64,000 nucleotides of DNA from Patescibacteria group bacterium UBA926 (GTDB lineage: Bacteria > Patescibacteriota > Doudnabacteria > UBA920). Positions 22,116 to 32,024 of this stretch are shown piece by piece. Where the stretch lies: NCBI GenBank assembly GCA_002293685.1, contig DBDS01000006.1, positions 180,909 through 244,908 of the forward strand, in the 5' to 3' direction. How positions within the stretch are numbered: the first letter of the stretch is position 1; each line of letters begins with the position of its first letter. A program made the position numbers and the translations under genes. The notes beneath the pieces are model-generated. The model saw only the letters and a list, made by a program, of their open reading frames with translations. It was not told where the DNA came from and ran no database searches.

Positions 22116-23033
22116 ATGAAATTTTTCATCTCACTGCTACGAATTATAAAAAGCGGAGTAATGAACCTGCGCCGAAACATTTGGTTGGCAGCAGCTTCAA
22201 CTTTGATCATGACCATCACATTGATTATTCTCTCTGTGATGACGTTGCTATTTATAATTACTAGTTACAGTGTTCAATCAATTCAAGAACGAGTAGATAT
22301 TAGTACTTACTTCAAAAGTGATGTTTCAGAAGCGCGAATTTTAGTTATTCGTGATGAACTTCAGGGAGATTCAAGAATTGCAAGTGTAAATTATGTCTCT
22401 AGCGCAGAAGCAAGACAAAACTTTGAGGAGAATAATCGAGACGACCAACTAATCATTGATTCGCTCAACGAACTTACAGACAATCCATTTCCTTCTACAT
22501 TACAAATCAAAGCCAACAATCTAGAAGACTATCCAGCAATCGCTAATATGTTAGAAGAAAGCAGTTACCGAGATTTAATTCAAGAAATCAACTTTGAAGA
22601 TAACCGCATAATTATTGAAAGATTAAATTCACTTCTAACTTTCATTATCACTTTTGGGCTAATCCTCATGGTTGTATTCTGTTTGATTGCAATTTTGGTG
22701 ATTTTCAATACTATTGCGCTTACCATTTATAATCGCAGGGAAGAGGTTGAAATCATGCGTCTGGTTGGTGCGACCAATTGGTACATCCGTGGTCCGTTCT
22801 TAGTAGAAGCTTTAACATATAGCGTAATTGCAGCCATTATAACTAGTGCCTTAATCTTGCCAATTTACTTCCAAATGCTTCCAAAAATCAGCAATTATCT
22901 AACTCCGGGAGCTAATATTTTCTCTGGAGATATTAAGATATTCTTGGGTGTGATCGTAGTTCAGCTAATAATCGCCTTTATCTTAAGCGCTATTTCCAGC
23001 TTATTAGCTATGCGCAAATATCTTCGCATTTAA
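22116..23033 (+). CDS. ftsX: cell division permease FtsX
   Basis: TM-loop-3TM topology downstream of ftsE. Confidence 0.75.
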   Translation: MKFFISLLRIIKSGVMNLRRNIWLAAASTLIMTITLIILSVMTLLFIITSYSVQSIQERVDISTYFKSDVSEARILVIRDELQGDSRIASVNYVSSAEARQNFEENNRDDQLIIDSLNELTDNPFPSTLQIKANNLEDYPAIANMLEESSYRDLIQEINFEDNRIIIERLNSLLTFIITFGLILMVVFCLIAILVIFNTIALTIYNRREEVEIMRLVGATNWYIRGPFLVEALTYSVIAAIITSALILPIYFQMLPKISNYLTPGANIFSGDIKIFLGVIVVQLIIAFILSAISSLLAMRKYLRI

Positions 23034-23086
23034 GCCAATTATCCACTTGCAGAATAGAACCAGTGGTATATAATTAGAAAGAGCCA

Positions 23087-23116
23087 AAACTCTCATGATG
23101 AGGGTTTTTATTTTTT
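23087..23116 (+). terminator. terminator after ftsX
   Basis: aaactctcat g atgagggttt ttatttttt (two G-U wobbles in stem). Confidence 0.45.
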
Positions 23117-23121
23117 AATCT

Positions 23122-23165
23122 GTCATCCCGGCAGCCACAAGCGAAGCGCGGGCTAGCCGGGATCC
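23122..23165. repeat. repeat GTCATCCCGGCAGCCACAAG...GCGGGCTAGCCGGGATC, copy 2
   Basis: near-identical to 15110-15163; upstream of rplI. Confidence 0.6.
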
Positions 23166-23172
23166 ATTATTT

Positions 23173-23619
23173 ATGAAAGTCATTCTAATAAAAGATGTGC
23201 CGAAAATTGGTAGAAGAGGCGAAGTGAAAGAAGTTAGTGCCGGCTACGCCACCAATTTTCTAATCAAACAAGGATTGGCGAAAGCTGCAACAGTGGAAGC
23301 TCAAACCAAACTTGCTAGTGAGCAGCGTGAAAAAACAGCTAAACAAATTAAGGAGCGAGAGCAGGCCGAACGATACAAAAAGGAATTAGAGACTAGAACC
23401 TTTACTATCAAAGTTAAAACAGGAGACAAGGGACAAATTTTTAGCGGTGTGAATGAAAAAGATATTATTCGAGCCATCTTCCAGAAGACCAAAATTTCTT
23501 TAGAGAAGAAACAAATCACAGCACATCACGCTATCAAGCAACTCGGCCAACATACAATTGTCGTTAAACTGCATTCGGGATTATCTGCCCAAACCAAAAT
23601 TAATATAGAAAGTCTGTAA
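23173..23619 (+). CDS. rplI: 50S ribosomal protein L9
   Basis: [21 protein letters not shown]. Confidence 0.85.
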   Translation: MKVILIKDVPKIGRRGEVKEVSAGYATNFLIKQGLAKAATVEAQTKLASEQREKTAKQIKEREQAERYKKELETRTFTIKVKTGDKGQIFSGVNEKDIIRAIFQKTKISLEKKQITAHHAIKQLGQHTIVVKLHSGLSAQTKINIESL

Positions 23620-25313
23620 TGTCATACCACATTAAAACACGTAAAGCTAAAAAACTTCACACTAAATTTATTTTCGTTTCCGGAGGTGTCATCTCCGGAG
23701 TAGGGAAGGGTGTGACAACCTCGACAATCGCTGCACTTCTTCAATCCCGCGGCTACATTGTTGCACCTGTAAAATGCGATGCCTACCTGAACGTCGATGC
23801 CGGCACAATTCGACCCCAAGAGCACGGCGAAGTTTTTGTCACCGACGATGGAATGGAAACCGATCAAGACTTAGGAAATTACGAACGTTTTCTAAACACC
23901 GATTTATCTAAAGCAAACTACGTCACTAACGGTCAGCTGTATCAAACAATCATTCAAAAGGAACGTAATTTTGAATACGACGGCGAAGATGTGGAGGTTG
24001 CACTTCATGTGCCAGAAGAAATAATCAATCGATTAGAGCAAGCAGCGAAAGCTCGCAAAGCTGACTTTGTAATCTGTGAAATTGGTGGTACGGTTGGGGA
24101 ATATCAGAATATTTTGTTTATCGAAGCGAATCGAATCATGAAGTACCGTCATGGCCGCGACACCGCTCACGTTCATGTTGGTTATTTACCAACTCCGCCT
24201 AGCATAGGTGAAATGAAATCGAAGCCTGTCCAAAATTCTGTGAAGCAATTGATTTCTTCTGGAATTCAACCCGATTTTTTGATTGCCCGAGCCGAAACTA
24301 AGCTCGACGACCGTCGCAAGCAAACACTTGCCTGGACAACTAACATTCCTGTGGAAAACATTATTTCTGCACCAAATGTTGATAGCATTTACCGTGTACC
24401 GGCCAACTTTGATAAAGAAGGATTAACCGATCAATTACTCAGGCATTTCGAACTGCCTTCAAAAAAGCGTGATTTAAAGAACTGGAAAAAGTTCGCTGAA
24501 AAGATTACTCGAATTGAAAACTCAGATAAAGTGATTAACATTGCCGTTGTTGGTAAGTATTTTGAAACCGGTGACCACAAACTTTCTGATGTCTATGTTT
24601 CTGTGATTGAAGCATTAAAGCATGGCGGCTGGGCAAATAACGCCAAAGTAAATCTTGAATGGGTTTCAAGTGCGACCATCGAGAAACAGGGTGCTAAAAA
24701 GATTTTGTCCGGTTACGACGGAATTTGTGTGCCGGGTGGTTTCGGTAGTCGGGGAGTGGAAGGAATTATCTCAGCAATTGAATACGCGCGCAAACAAAAA
24801 ATCCCTTATTTGGGATTGTGTTATGGAATGCAATTAGCAACTATCGAATTCGCACGCAATGTTTGTCGATTACGAACAGCTCATACAACGGAAGTAGAGA
24901 AAGAAGCTCGTCATCCAATTATTCACATTATGCCCGATCAAGAGAAGATGCTTCTTAACCGAGAATACGGCGCTACGATGAGACTTGGTGCGTGGGATTG
25001 TTTAGTCACACGCGGAACCAAGGCAGAAAAAGCTTACTTGCGCGGCGGTTGGCTCAAAGCTAAAGGTGCTGCCAAAATTTCCGAACGTCATCGTCATCGT
25101 TACGAATTTAATAATGAGTATCGAGAAAAGTTAGAAAACGCAGGACTAGTAATTTCTGGGGCTACCCCAGATGGTCAACTTGTTGAAATCATCGAGCTGA
25201 AAGATCATCCGTTTTTCATCGCAACCCAATTTCATCCAGAATTTAAATCTCGACCCCTAGAACCGCATCCTTTATTCACAGAATTTGTCCGTGCAGTTAT
25301 AAAAAGAAAATAA
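23619..25313 (+). CDS. pyrG: CTP synthase
   Basis: KFIFVSGGVISGVGKG and GATase GLCYGMQ; start overlaps rplI stop (TAATG). Confidence 0.9.
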   Translation: MSYHIKTRKAKKLHTKFIFVSGGVISGVGKGVTTSTIAALLQSRGYIVAPVKCDAYLNVDAGTIRPQEHGEVFVTDDGMETDQDLGNYERFLNTDLSKANYVTNGQLYQTIIQKERNFEYDGEDVEVALHVPEEIINRLEQAAKARKADFVICEIGGTVGEYQNILFIEANRIMKYRHGRDTAHVHVGYLPTPPSIGEMKSKPVQNSVKQLISSGIQPDFLIARAETKLDDRRKQTLAWTTNIPVENIISAPNVDSIYRVPANFDKEGLTDQLLRHFELPSKKRDLKNWKKFAEKITRIENSDKVINIAVVGKYFETGDHKLSDVYVSVIEALKHGGWANNAKVNLEWVSSATIEKQGAKKILSGYDGICVPGGFGSRGVEGIISAIEYARKQKIPYLGLCYGMQLATIEFARNVCRLRTAHTTEVEKEARHPIIHIMPDQEKMLLNREYGATMRLGAWDCLVTRGTKAEKAYLRGGWLKAKGAAKISERHRHRYEFNNEYREKLENAGLVISGATPDGQLVEIIELKDHPFFIATQFHPEFKSRPLEPHPLFTEFVRAVIKRK

Positions 25314-25321
25314 ATATCAAA

Positions 25322-25351
25322 AAACCGCCCGATAAATCGAGGCGGTCTTTT
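25322..25351. terminator. bidirectional terminator between pyrG (+) and rpmA (-)
   Basis: aaaaaccgcc cgataaatcga ggcggt cttttt. Confidence 0.65.
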
Positions 25352-25360
25352 TATTTGTGG

Positions 25361-25681
25361 TTAAGCTGCTACTTTAGCAGGAGCTTTTGATTCTACTTTT
25401 GCAGTTACAGGCTCTACACTTACTACACGAGTGCTACGTAGGTTGCCATGAAACTTTCGAACCAATTTATTCTGGAACTTTACAACTCCATCGATTAAAG
25501 AGTAGAGAGTAGAGTCGCCAGCGGTTTTAACATTTTTTCCAGCATGGAATTTATTACCATGTTGACGAACGATGATTTCACCTTTTTGGACACGTTGGTC
25601 ACCAAAGATTTTTACACCAAGTCGTTTTGATACGGAGTCGCGCCCCAGGGCGGTTGAGCCTCCAGCTTTCTTATGAGCCAT
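25361..25681 (-). CDS. rpmA: 50S ribosomal protein L27 (with C-terminal extension)
   Basis: [16 protein letters not shown]. Confidence 0.9.
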   Translation of the reverse strand: MAHKKAGGSTALGRDSVSKRLGVKIFGDQRVQKGEIIVRQHGNKFHAGKNVKTAGDSTLYSLIDGVVKFQNKLVRKFHGNLRSTRVVSVEPVTAKVESKAPAKVAA

Positions 25682-25986
25682 AGCCTTATCGTATATCTCC
25701 GCATGTAGATTGCACAGAACTCAATCTGCCGTTCTTCACACAAAGTTAATTATCTATATTAAATGAGCGACTCGATAATTGGACTAGCAGAAAACTGTTC
25801 AATTAGTGAGTTGCCTAAAAGATAATGGTTTCTCGGTTGCGGCGAATTCGAGGAGCCAGTGAGCAACGAGCGAAGCGTACTTATAGGTACGCAGAGCGAG
25901 TAGCGGAGCTGGTGACAAAGAAGTCGCCCAAAGCTGTACGGAAGTCCGGACTTGTTCCGGACAGTAGTACAGCGACCGAGGAAGCA

Positions 25987-27276
25987 TTACAACTTTTCAA
26001 AAATGATAATCTCCCTGGCGACGATCTGGTCCTTCCGATCGTATATTGCCGTCGCTCGATCCGTGAGCTTTAAAAACGGCAGACTTTCGGCCAGATTGTT
26101 TGGGATCAAATCTACCAAATTATAGCCGATATCCTTAATAAAGTCAAGGTTTTCCAGCTGAATATAGCTGTCACCCTTCTTGTAAGCAGGGAGGCACATT
26201 ACAACTTTAGCCCCTTTTGATAAAAACTTTACGTAGTCTTGAAAGGCCTTTGTATATAATTGTGTTAGCTGCTCGAAGTTTGCCTTAATTTCGGCAGGGG
26301 AGGGGAATTCGCCATAGATCGGACCAAGATATCCTTCTGTGACAATTCCTGAAACCTGTGGAAAAGCTCCGACTTGTTTGAGATGCTCGATAACTTTAGA
26401 AACTTCTGCGACATCGGAAGTCTCGACATGATACTTGCCCTTAGAAATTTTATAACGGTTTCGGAACCATTCCAAGTTCTTTTCGCTGCCAGCGATTGCA
26501 ACTGGGTTGATATCTGTACCGAGCATTTTATAACCTTGAAGAACTCCTTCTTGAATAATCGTGCCGATACCACAAAATGGGTCGAGGAGGATTTCGTTAG
26601 GCTTCGCTCCAGCAAAGTTAACCATCATTTGAGCAACCTTTGGCGGAATCATGCCTTGCTTATCGTCACGGACAGGACGCTGATAATCACGACGGCCGTA
26701 ATCTTCAAAATCTTGAACCGATAATGTTTTGGCAACATATAACTTAGTCGGAGAGGCGAGTACACAAATCTCTGCTCCTTTAGTGAGTAAGTTGTTATGA
26801 GTGACGACAACCGAAGCAAGGGTCAAGCTATTGAACTGAGGAAGGACCAATCGAATACTGGCGCCAGCTTCTTGCATAGCGCGCTTAATAAACATACCCA
26901 AACGTTTCGGTTCACCGAAAGCACTCAATTCTGGGTCGAGTAAATAAACGCTAATCCCGAATTGAATCTTCCCTTTGAGGTTGTGTAAAAAGTCACGCTT
27001 CAGTTTACTAGGCTTAAAATAATTCTGCAGGGCAAAATTAATATAATCAGTTTCTTTTTTCTTTACCTCGTCTAAGACTTTAAGAATCTTAACGACTCCG
27101 CCCAGCTCCCGTTGAATCTTTTGAACTTCGAGTTGCTCATCGGTTTCGACGATTAATACCTCGTGCGAGATATCGACTATCTTCACTGTCCAACCGTGAT
27201 TTTGAAAATAAAAAAACAGCTCGGCTAAAGAGAGCGTGTAAACTCGACCTAACACAAATGCGTATCGATATGTCAT
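25987..27276 (-). CDS. putative RNA (tRNA/rRNA) N-methyltransferase with N-terminal ferredoxin/THUMP-like domain
   Basis: SAM-binding LLDPFCGIGTI motif; start at MTYRY chosen, upstream 26 codons are GC-rich and atypical. Confidence 0.5.
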   Translation of the reverse strand: MTYRYAFVLGRVYTLSLAELFFYFQNHGWTVKIVDISHEVLIVETDEQLEVQKIQRELGGVVKILKVLDEVKKKETDYINFALQNYFKPSKLKRDFLHNLKGKIQFGISVYLLDPELSAFGEPKRLGMFIKRAMQEAGASIRLVLPQFNSLTLASVVVTHNNLLTKGAEICVLASPTKLYVAKTLSVQDFEDYGRRDYQRPVRDDKQGMIPPKVAQMMVNFAGAKPNEILLDPFCGIGTIIQEGVLQGYKMLGTDINPVAIAGSEKNLEWFRNRYKISKGKYHVETSDVAEVSKVIEHLKQVGAFPQVSGIVTEGYLGPIYGEFPSPAEIKANFEQLTQLYTKAFQDYVKFLSKGAKVVMCLPAYKKGDSYIQLENLDFIKDIGYNLVDLIPNNLAESLPFLKLTDRATAIYDRKDQIVAREIIIFEKL

Positions 27277-27383
27277 GTTTATAGTGCCGGACTTGACCCC
27301 GTCTCGCCGGTGGCGAGTCGTGGAAGGCCGGTATTCGCCACCTAACGGAGGCATTCATTAATAATTAACCCTCAAAAAATTGT

Positions 27384-27737
27384 ATGAATAAACTTATGGA
27401 AACACACAAACCAAAATTAAAGATTCTAGCTTTAGTTTGTTTAGTTCAACTTGGAAGTTTTGGCGCCGGATTGTACAGCGGTCATACGTACTGGCCGAAG
27501 CAATCGGTGCAAGTAGCTTTGCCTAATTATACCACGGAGAATGTGAAAGCTCCAAAACCTACTGCGCCGACTAATACCACGCAGCCAACACCAAACACAG
27601 AATGTAATATCAAAGGAAGTAAAAGCAGGTTGTACCATTTACCAGGTGGTGCGTTCTATGATCGAACCAACCCGCAAGTTTGCTTTGAAACCGAAGCCGA
27701 AGCGCAGGCAGCTGGATACACTAAATCAAGTCGATAA
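27384..27737 (+). CDS. hypothetical secreted protein with C-terminal Cys...YHLPGGAFYDRT...C motif
   Basis: signal peptide-like N-terminus; conserved-looking C-terminal module. Confidence 0.4.
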   Translation: MNKLMETHKPKLKILALVCLVQLGSFGAGLYSGHTYWPKQSVQVALPNYTTENVKAPKPTAPTNTTQPTPNTECNIKGSKSRLYHLPGGAFYDRTNPQVCFETEAEAQAAGYTKSSR

Positions 27738-27745
27738 AAAAAGAC

Positions 27746-27772
27746 CGCTACCAATAAATTGGCAGCGGTAAA
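27746..27772 (-). terminator. terminator for minus-strand gene 27787-28141
   Basis: ccgctacc aataaatt ggcagcgg with A-run on plus side = T-run on minus. Confidence 0.5.
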
Positions 27773-27786
27773 TACAGAAGTTTCAC

Positions 27787-28141
27787 TTAGCATTCACACA
27801 TAACTCGTCCGCGCCCCTTCCTATTTCCTGGGCTATATTTAGCCCAAATCTCGGTCCAGCGAACATCGATGTTGGGATTCAATCTCAGAAGAGCGTCAAA
27901 GTTCTCTTGAGTGCTAGCAACCTTTCCCTTGACGAAGTAACTTGTCCGTCCATAACGACAGACCTCTTCGACCACAATCGTCAGCTTAATCTTCTTTGAA
28001 TGATCAGTGTCATTCCTTAGGGTTAAGGGAAACAGTCTACGCTTACCGTCAGGTAATGTATCAAATAAACACAATTCCAATTCGCGAAGATTACCCCCAT
28101 GGGTAATCTCAACCTCAGCATACTTTTTAAACCAACCCATA
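27787..28141 (-). CDS. hypothetical protein
   Basis: GGAGGAG RBS before MGWFKK. Confidence 0.35.
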
Positions 28142-28304
28142 TTCTCCTCCAATATCGGATTTTTGCCTCGTGTTAAGTGTTGGTACACTCTGACCTGTCA
28201 AAGCAGGCGACCTAGAATACACTAGGAATTTCCTCAATTACTTGAGATGCAAATTATATCATAATATTGCATAATTGTCAATTGAATGATAAACTAAGTG
28301 CAAT

Positions 28305-29534
28305 ATGAAATCAAAGATCTACTTAGACAACGCAGCCTCAACGAAACCTGCTAAGGCCGTTTTAGACGCTATGAAGCCCTACCTAAAGGGATATTTTGGC
28401 AATCCTAGCAGTTTACACGAACTTGGAGTTTCTTCTAGACAGGCGATTGATGGCGCAAGAGAACAGGTCGCGGGAGTGTTGAATAGCCGACCTTCAGAAA
28501 TAATTTTTACCGGCGGGGGAACAGAGAGTATCAATCTAGCAATTTTTGGTGTCGCCAAGGCCTATCTAAAGCAGCACAAGAAGCCTGGTCGAATTATTGT
28601 TTCCAAAATCGAACACGAAGCGGTTTTAGAATCTGTAAAAGCTTTAGAAGCCGATGGTTGGAAAATTGATTTCCTTCAGGTAGATAAACTTGGATTCGTG
28701 AACCCGAAAGATTTATCAAAACTAATCAAACCAGACACTGCGTTAGTGTCAGTTATGTATGCCAATAATGAAGTTGGTACCATCCAACCTCTTGTACAAC
28801 TTGGCAGTGTAATAGCTGGAGTGAACCGTAACCGCAGATTAAAGAAGTTATCTAATGTGGTTTTTCACACTGATGCGTGTCAGGCTGGAGGCAATCTAGA
28901 ATTAGATGTTCAGAAACTGAAAGTTGATTTACTCACTCTCAACGGAAGCAAGATTAACGGACCGAAAGGTGCGGGAATTCTTTTTGTTCGAACTGGAACT
29001 AAGATTGAACCATTGATTTATGGTGGGGGACAAGAGCGGGGACTACGAAGCGGAACAGAGAATACTCCGGCGATTATCGGCTTCGCGACTGCTCTTCAAC
29101 TTGCGCAAAAAAATCGTTTGAAGAATGTAAAAACTTTGCACAGCCTGCAAACTTTTTTAGAAACCAATCTTAAGAAAATTTCTGGAGTCACCATAAACGG
29201 TCCAAAGAATTCTAAACTTATTCAAGACGAATTTAATTTTGGACTCCTTAAGTTACCGGGCACAATCAACTTTTCGGTTAAGAATACTGAAGGCGAATCA
29301 CTGATGCTGTATTTAGACGCAGCTGGATTTGCTGTGGCAACTGGGAGTGCATGCACAACAGGTTCAGAAGATCCTTCACACGTGCTATTAGCGATGGGAG
29401 TTGAACCTGTATTGGCCAAGTCGACAATTAGACTCAGTTTAGGTTATGATGTAACCAAAGCAAACCTTTCGAAGTTAACCACCGTTTTATCTAAGACGGT
29501 CGACATGCTGAAAAAAACAAAACAAGAAATCTAA
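28305..29534 (+). CDS. cysteine desulfurase (class V aminotransferase, NifS/IscS-like)
   Basis: PLP-Lys region HTDACQAGG...NGSKINGPKG and catalytic loop GSACTTG. Confidence 0.8.
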   Translation: MKSKIYLDNAASTKPAKAVLDAMKPYLKGYFGNPSSLHELGVSSRQAIDGAREQVAGVLNSRPSEIIFTGGGTESINLAIFGVAKAYLKQHKKPGRIIVSKIEHEAVLESVKALEADGWKIDFLQVDKLGFVNPKDLSKLIKPDTALVSVMYANNEVGTIQPLVQLGSVIAGVNRNRRLKKLSNVVFHTDACQAGGNLELDVQKLKVDLLTLNGSKINGPKGAGILFVRTGTKIEPLIYGGGQERGLRSGTENTPAIIGFATALQLAQKNRLKNVKTLHSLQTFLETNLKKISGVTINGPKNSKLIQDEFNFGLLKLPGTINFSVKNTEGESLMLYLDAAGFAVATGSACTTGSEDPSHVLLAMGVEPVLAKSTIRLSLGYDVTKANLSKLTTVLSKTVDMLKKTKQEI

Positions 29535-29558
29535 ACACTTTACAGGAGGTAAAAATTA

Positions 29559-29765
29559 ATGCAAAGAAAACCAGGCGAAACCCCTGAACAACTAAGGCAA
29601 AGAATTCATGAAATTTATCCCGATCTAACTGAAGTCGAAACAGAAGTTATGCTGGTAGGCTTAATCGGTACGAGGATCGACCAACATGGACGCATCTTAG
29701 GCCCTAAACTTACTCATCATTATGACGAGGATGCAAACCCTGTAAAAGGTACTAAGGTACCTTAA
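29559..29765 (+). CDS. hypothetical small protein
   Basis: AGGAGG RBS; ORF only. Confidence 0.3.
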   Translation: MQRKPGETPEQLRQRIHEIYPDLTEVETEVMLVGLIGTRIDQHGRILGPKLTHHYDEDANPVKGTKVP

Positions 29766-30007
29766 CCTACGTAGTAAAGATCTAAATTGATTCTTTGCTA
29801 CTTTTTTTATATGACGACCGTCAATCAAATAACAAGTATCCTTAAGTGGAGAGTGTATAATAATCAGAAGTAGAATTATATGTAGGTCAGGGCAATATAA
29901 TGAAAAGAGATAGAGAATAACGCAAAATTCAAATCATACTACGGACATTGAACAATATACATAGGGGAGCATGTGTTTTGAGATTAACACCGTGTCGCAC
30001 AATGTAT

Positions 30008-30155
30008 GTTCTACGACATGCACATGCATGTCGTAGAACATCCGTCATATTTTGCGACAAATTTTTTGTCGCAAAATATGACAATCATCGCGCCGCTCAA
30101 TTTCATGACTATCACTTCCACCGTCTATGCATCAGGAAATAAATTCCTGATGCAT
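30008..30155. repeat. three consecutive perfect inverted repeats (13-bp, 15-bp and 12-bp stems) in a convergent intergenic region
   Basis: gttctacgacatg/catgtcgtagaac; atattttgcgacaaa/tttgtcgcaaaatat; atgcatcaggaa/ttcctgatgcat. Confidence 0.7.
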
Positions 30156-30226
30156 GGACTTAAACTCAACTTATAAATATTCTAAGGTAGTGCTCTCCCC
30201 TCCTTATAGGTAGGGGATTCGCAAAT

Positions 30227-30261
30227 CAAAAAAACCGCCCAAGGCGGTTTTGAATTTTCAC
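30227..30261. terminator. bidirectional terminator
   Basis: aaaaaaaccgcc caa ggcggttttgaatttt. Confidence 0.65.
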
Positions 30262-30282
30262 GACACTTTCTCCCCTCTTAAA

Positions 30283-31281
30283 CTAAAAACATTTTCCTTG
30301 CTCTTTAGGATGACATGAAAAGTGCATATAATCTTTCAAGCTTCTCCACTCTCCACCCCAACCAAAGCCTGCAGCTTTAAAAGTTCTAACAACTGTACCA
30401 TTAATGGGTAAAGATAATAGATCACACCCCGTAGACGGGCAAGGTCTCCAATAGTCACCAACTCGTTTATTTCCTTTTATATAATAATTTTGTTTCCAGT
30501 TAATATCAAAGGTTAATCCGAATGAATGAGTTGATAACTTAGAGCTACCCACTGCTTGTCTCCAAGTAAAACTTCCCAGATCATTAATTGGTGGCTTTTC
30601 TGGACTATCATAAATTTGCTGAAACACAGCTTTTACTTTCTGCTCCAGACATCGCTGAACTGTTACATTATACTGTGTTGGAGATTTTGTATTACCAGAA
30701 AGTTTCCAAGCAGGTACAGAAAAAGTTACCATGTTGGCACGGGCTTCTGACTCAGAAGCAAAGGTACTTTTACAACCACTACTACTAGGCATATCAGCGC
30801 TATCATAGAAATCACCTGCTAAACAACCAGAACCAAAACCCACCTCTTCACAACCTGGGATGGGTTCTGCGTCAAAAATCGGTGGCTGGATCGGTTTAAA
30901 AGCGACGAGCGACGGATTAATAAAGTACAATAACATATAGCTTCCGCCCAGTATCGCAATACCAACTAAAGAGTTCATCAAAATTGATTTGGCTTTTCCT
31001 TTGCCAGTCTCCCCGCTTGTAATATATAAATAACCAGCCAAGACCAAGAAGAAAACCAAGACCAACGCACCGGCACTTAAACTAAATCGGTAAAGTCGAT
31101 TTATACATCGCTCTAAATCTTTTCCATCAGCCGGTTCACTCGGTGTGCACAAATAATCTTTCAAACTCGAATCAACGCCACTATAAGTTGGCAGTGCATT
31201 TGTCTCTTGTGCAAATACAAAAACAGGGTTGAGCGCAACCAAGACAAATCCGATTATAACCAGTATCTTTATAAACTTCAT
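30283..31281 (-). CDS. exported protein: conserved N-terminal signal-peptide + double-TM Cys module fused to peptidase M15 (VanY/LAS-like) domain
   Basis: STHSFGLTFDI (SxHxxGxAxD) and DYMHF (DxxH) zinc motifs; N-terminal module paralogous to 32527-33654. Confidence 0.6.
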   Translation of the reverse strand: MKFIKILVIIGFVLVALNPVFVFAQETNALPTYSGVDSSLKDYLCTPSEPADGKDLERCINRLYRFSLSAGALVLVFFLVLAGYLYITSGETGKGKAKSILMNSLVGIAILGGSYMLLYFINPSLVAFKPIQPPIFDAEPIPGCEEVGFGSGCLAGDFYDSADMPSSSGCKSTFASESEARANMVTFSVPAWKLSGNTKSPTQYNVTVQRCLEQKVKAVFQQIYDSPEKPPINDLGSFTWRQAVGSSKLSTHSFGLTFDINWKQNYYIKGNKRVGDYWRPCPSTGCDLLSLPINGTVVRTFKAAGFGWGGEWRSLKDYMHFSCHPKEQGKCF

Positions 31282-32024
31282 TTAGCTAATTCAGTTTCAA
31301 TAACTTGCTGGTAAGTTTCCCACGGGAGTACGCCTTCAAACTTAAGACCATTTATAAATACTGTAGGTGTCGAGCCAACTCCGTAATTCACTCCTTGATT
31401 AGTCAAGTCTTCTACAATTGGTTTATTTATCCTAGCATCAAAGCATTCAGAAAAAGAGGTCGCATTAAGTCCAGTATTTTGAGCAATCTGTTTTAAAGAT
31501 GTGTCACTCAAGGGATTATCAGTTTCAGAAGCTTGGGCTACAAACAAAGCGTCATGGTACTCCCAAAATTTTCCTTGCGCGCTGGAGCACATCGCAGCTT
31601 CAGCTGCCTTGAAAGACTCTTCGCCCAAGAAAGCGAAGTCCCAAAACGCAAACTTAATTTTCCCGGTGTCAATGTATTCAGATTTCAATTTAGAAAAAAT
31701 ATCAAAGTGCCACTGCGCGCAATATGGACATTGATAGTCAGCAAATTCTATTACCGTTACTTTCGCATCATCACTTCCAAGCCTCGGTACACTTTCTGGA
31801 ATTTGAATATCGATCGGTGAATTAATCCCCTGCTCTTGCAAACCTGAGCCAGCAAACTGAGTACCTTGTTTAGATATTTCATTAGCTATTAACCAGCCAG
31901 CGCCCAAGATAGCCATGCCGATTAACCAGGCTGCGATTAAAATAGTGACTATCCAGGGCATTAAGTTCTGCTGTTTTTTAGCCTGATTTCCAGCTTCAGC
32001 TTCTAATTCATTCTGTTCCGTCAT
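31278..32024 (-). CDS. membrane-anchored DsbA-like thiol:disulfide oxidoreductase
   Basis: TM anchor then thioredoxin fold with CPYC active site. Confidence 0.7.
   Translation of the reverse strand: MTEQNELEAEAGNQAKKQQNLMPWIVTILIAAWLIGMAILGAGWLIANEISKQGTQFAGSGLQEQGINSPIDIQIPESVPRLGSDDAKVTVIEFADYQCPYCAQWHFDIFSKLKSEYIDTGKIKFAFWDFAFLGEESFKAAEAAMCSSAQGKFWEYHDALFVAQASETDNPLSDTSLKQIAQNTGLNATSFSECFDARINKPIVEDLTNQGVNYGVGSTPTVFINGLKFEGVLPWETYQQVIETELAK

Noticed and set aside
23046-23075. Sigma-70-like promoter (ttgcag-16nt-tataat) upstream of rplI
   Set aside because: It is followed within 10 nt by a terminator-like hairpin and T-run. It cannot be distinguished from chance AT-rich sequence, so it is not annotated.
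25820-25990. RNase P RNA or SRP RNA
   Set aside because: ggaagtccggac resembles the RNase P P4 strand, but it simply forms a local hairpin (gtccggacttgttccggac). gagccagtgagc precedes rather than follows it. The SRP AGGAAGCAGC motif is absent.
27277-27354. 26-codon N-terminal extension of the RNA methyltransferase (MPPLGGEYRPSTTRHRRDG...)
   Set aside because: GC-rich, Arg/Pro-rich, hairpin-forming (ggtggcga...tcgccacc) and unlike the gene's AT-rich codon usage. More likely a structured leader or repeat remnant. A start at 27276 is preferred, though neither start has a strong RBS.
29948-30142. 64-aa ORF spanning the palindrome cluster
   Set aside because: Composition is Cys/His/Arg-rich and entirely dictated by the palindromic DNA. 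There is no RBS. Most likely non-coding.
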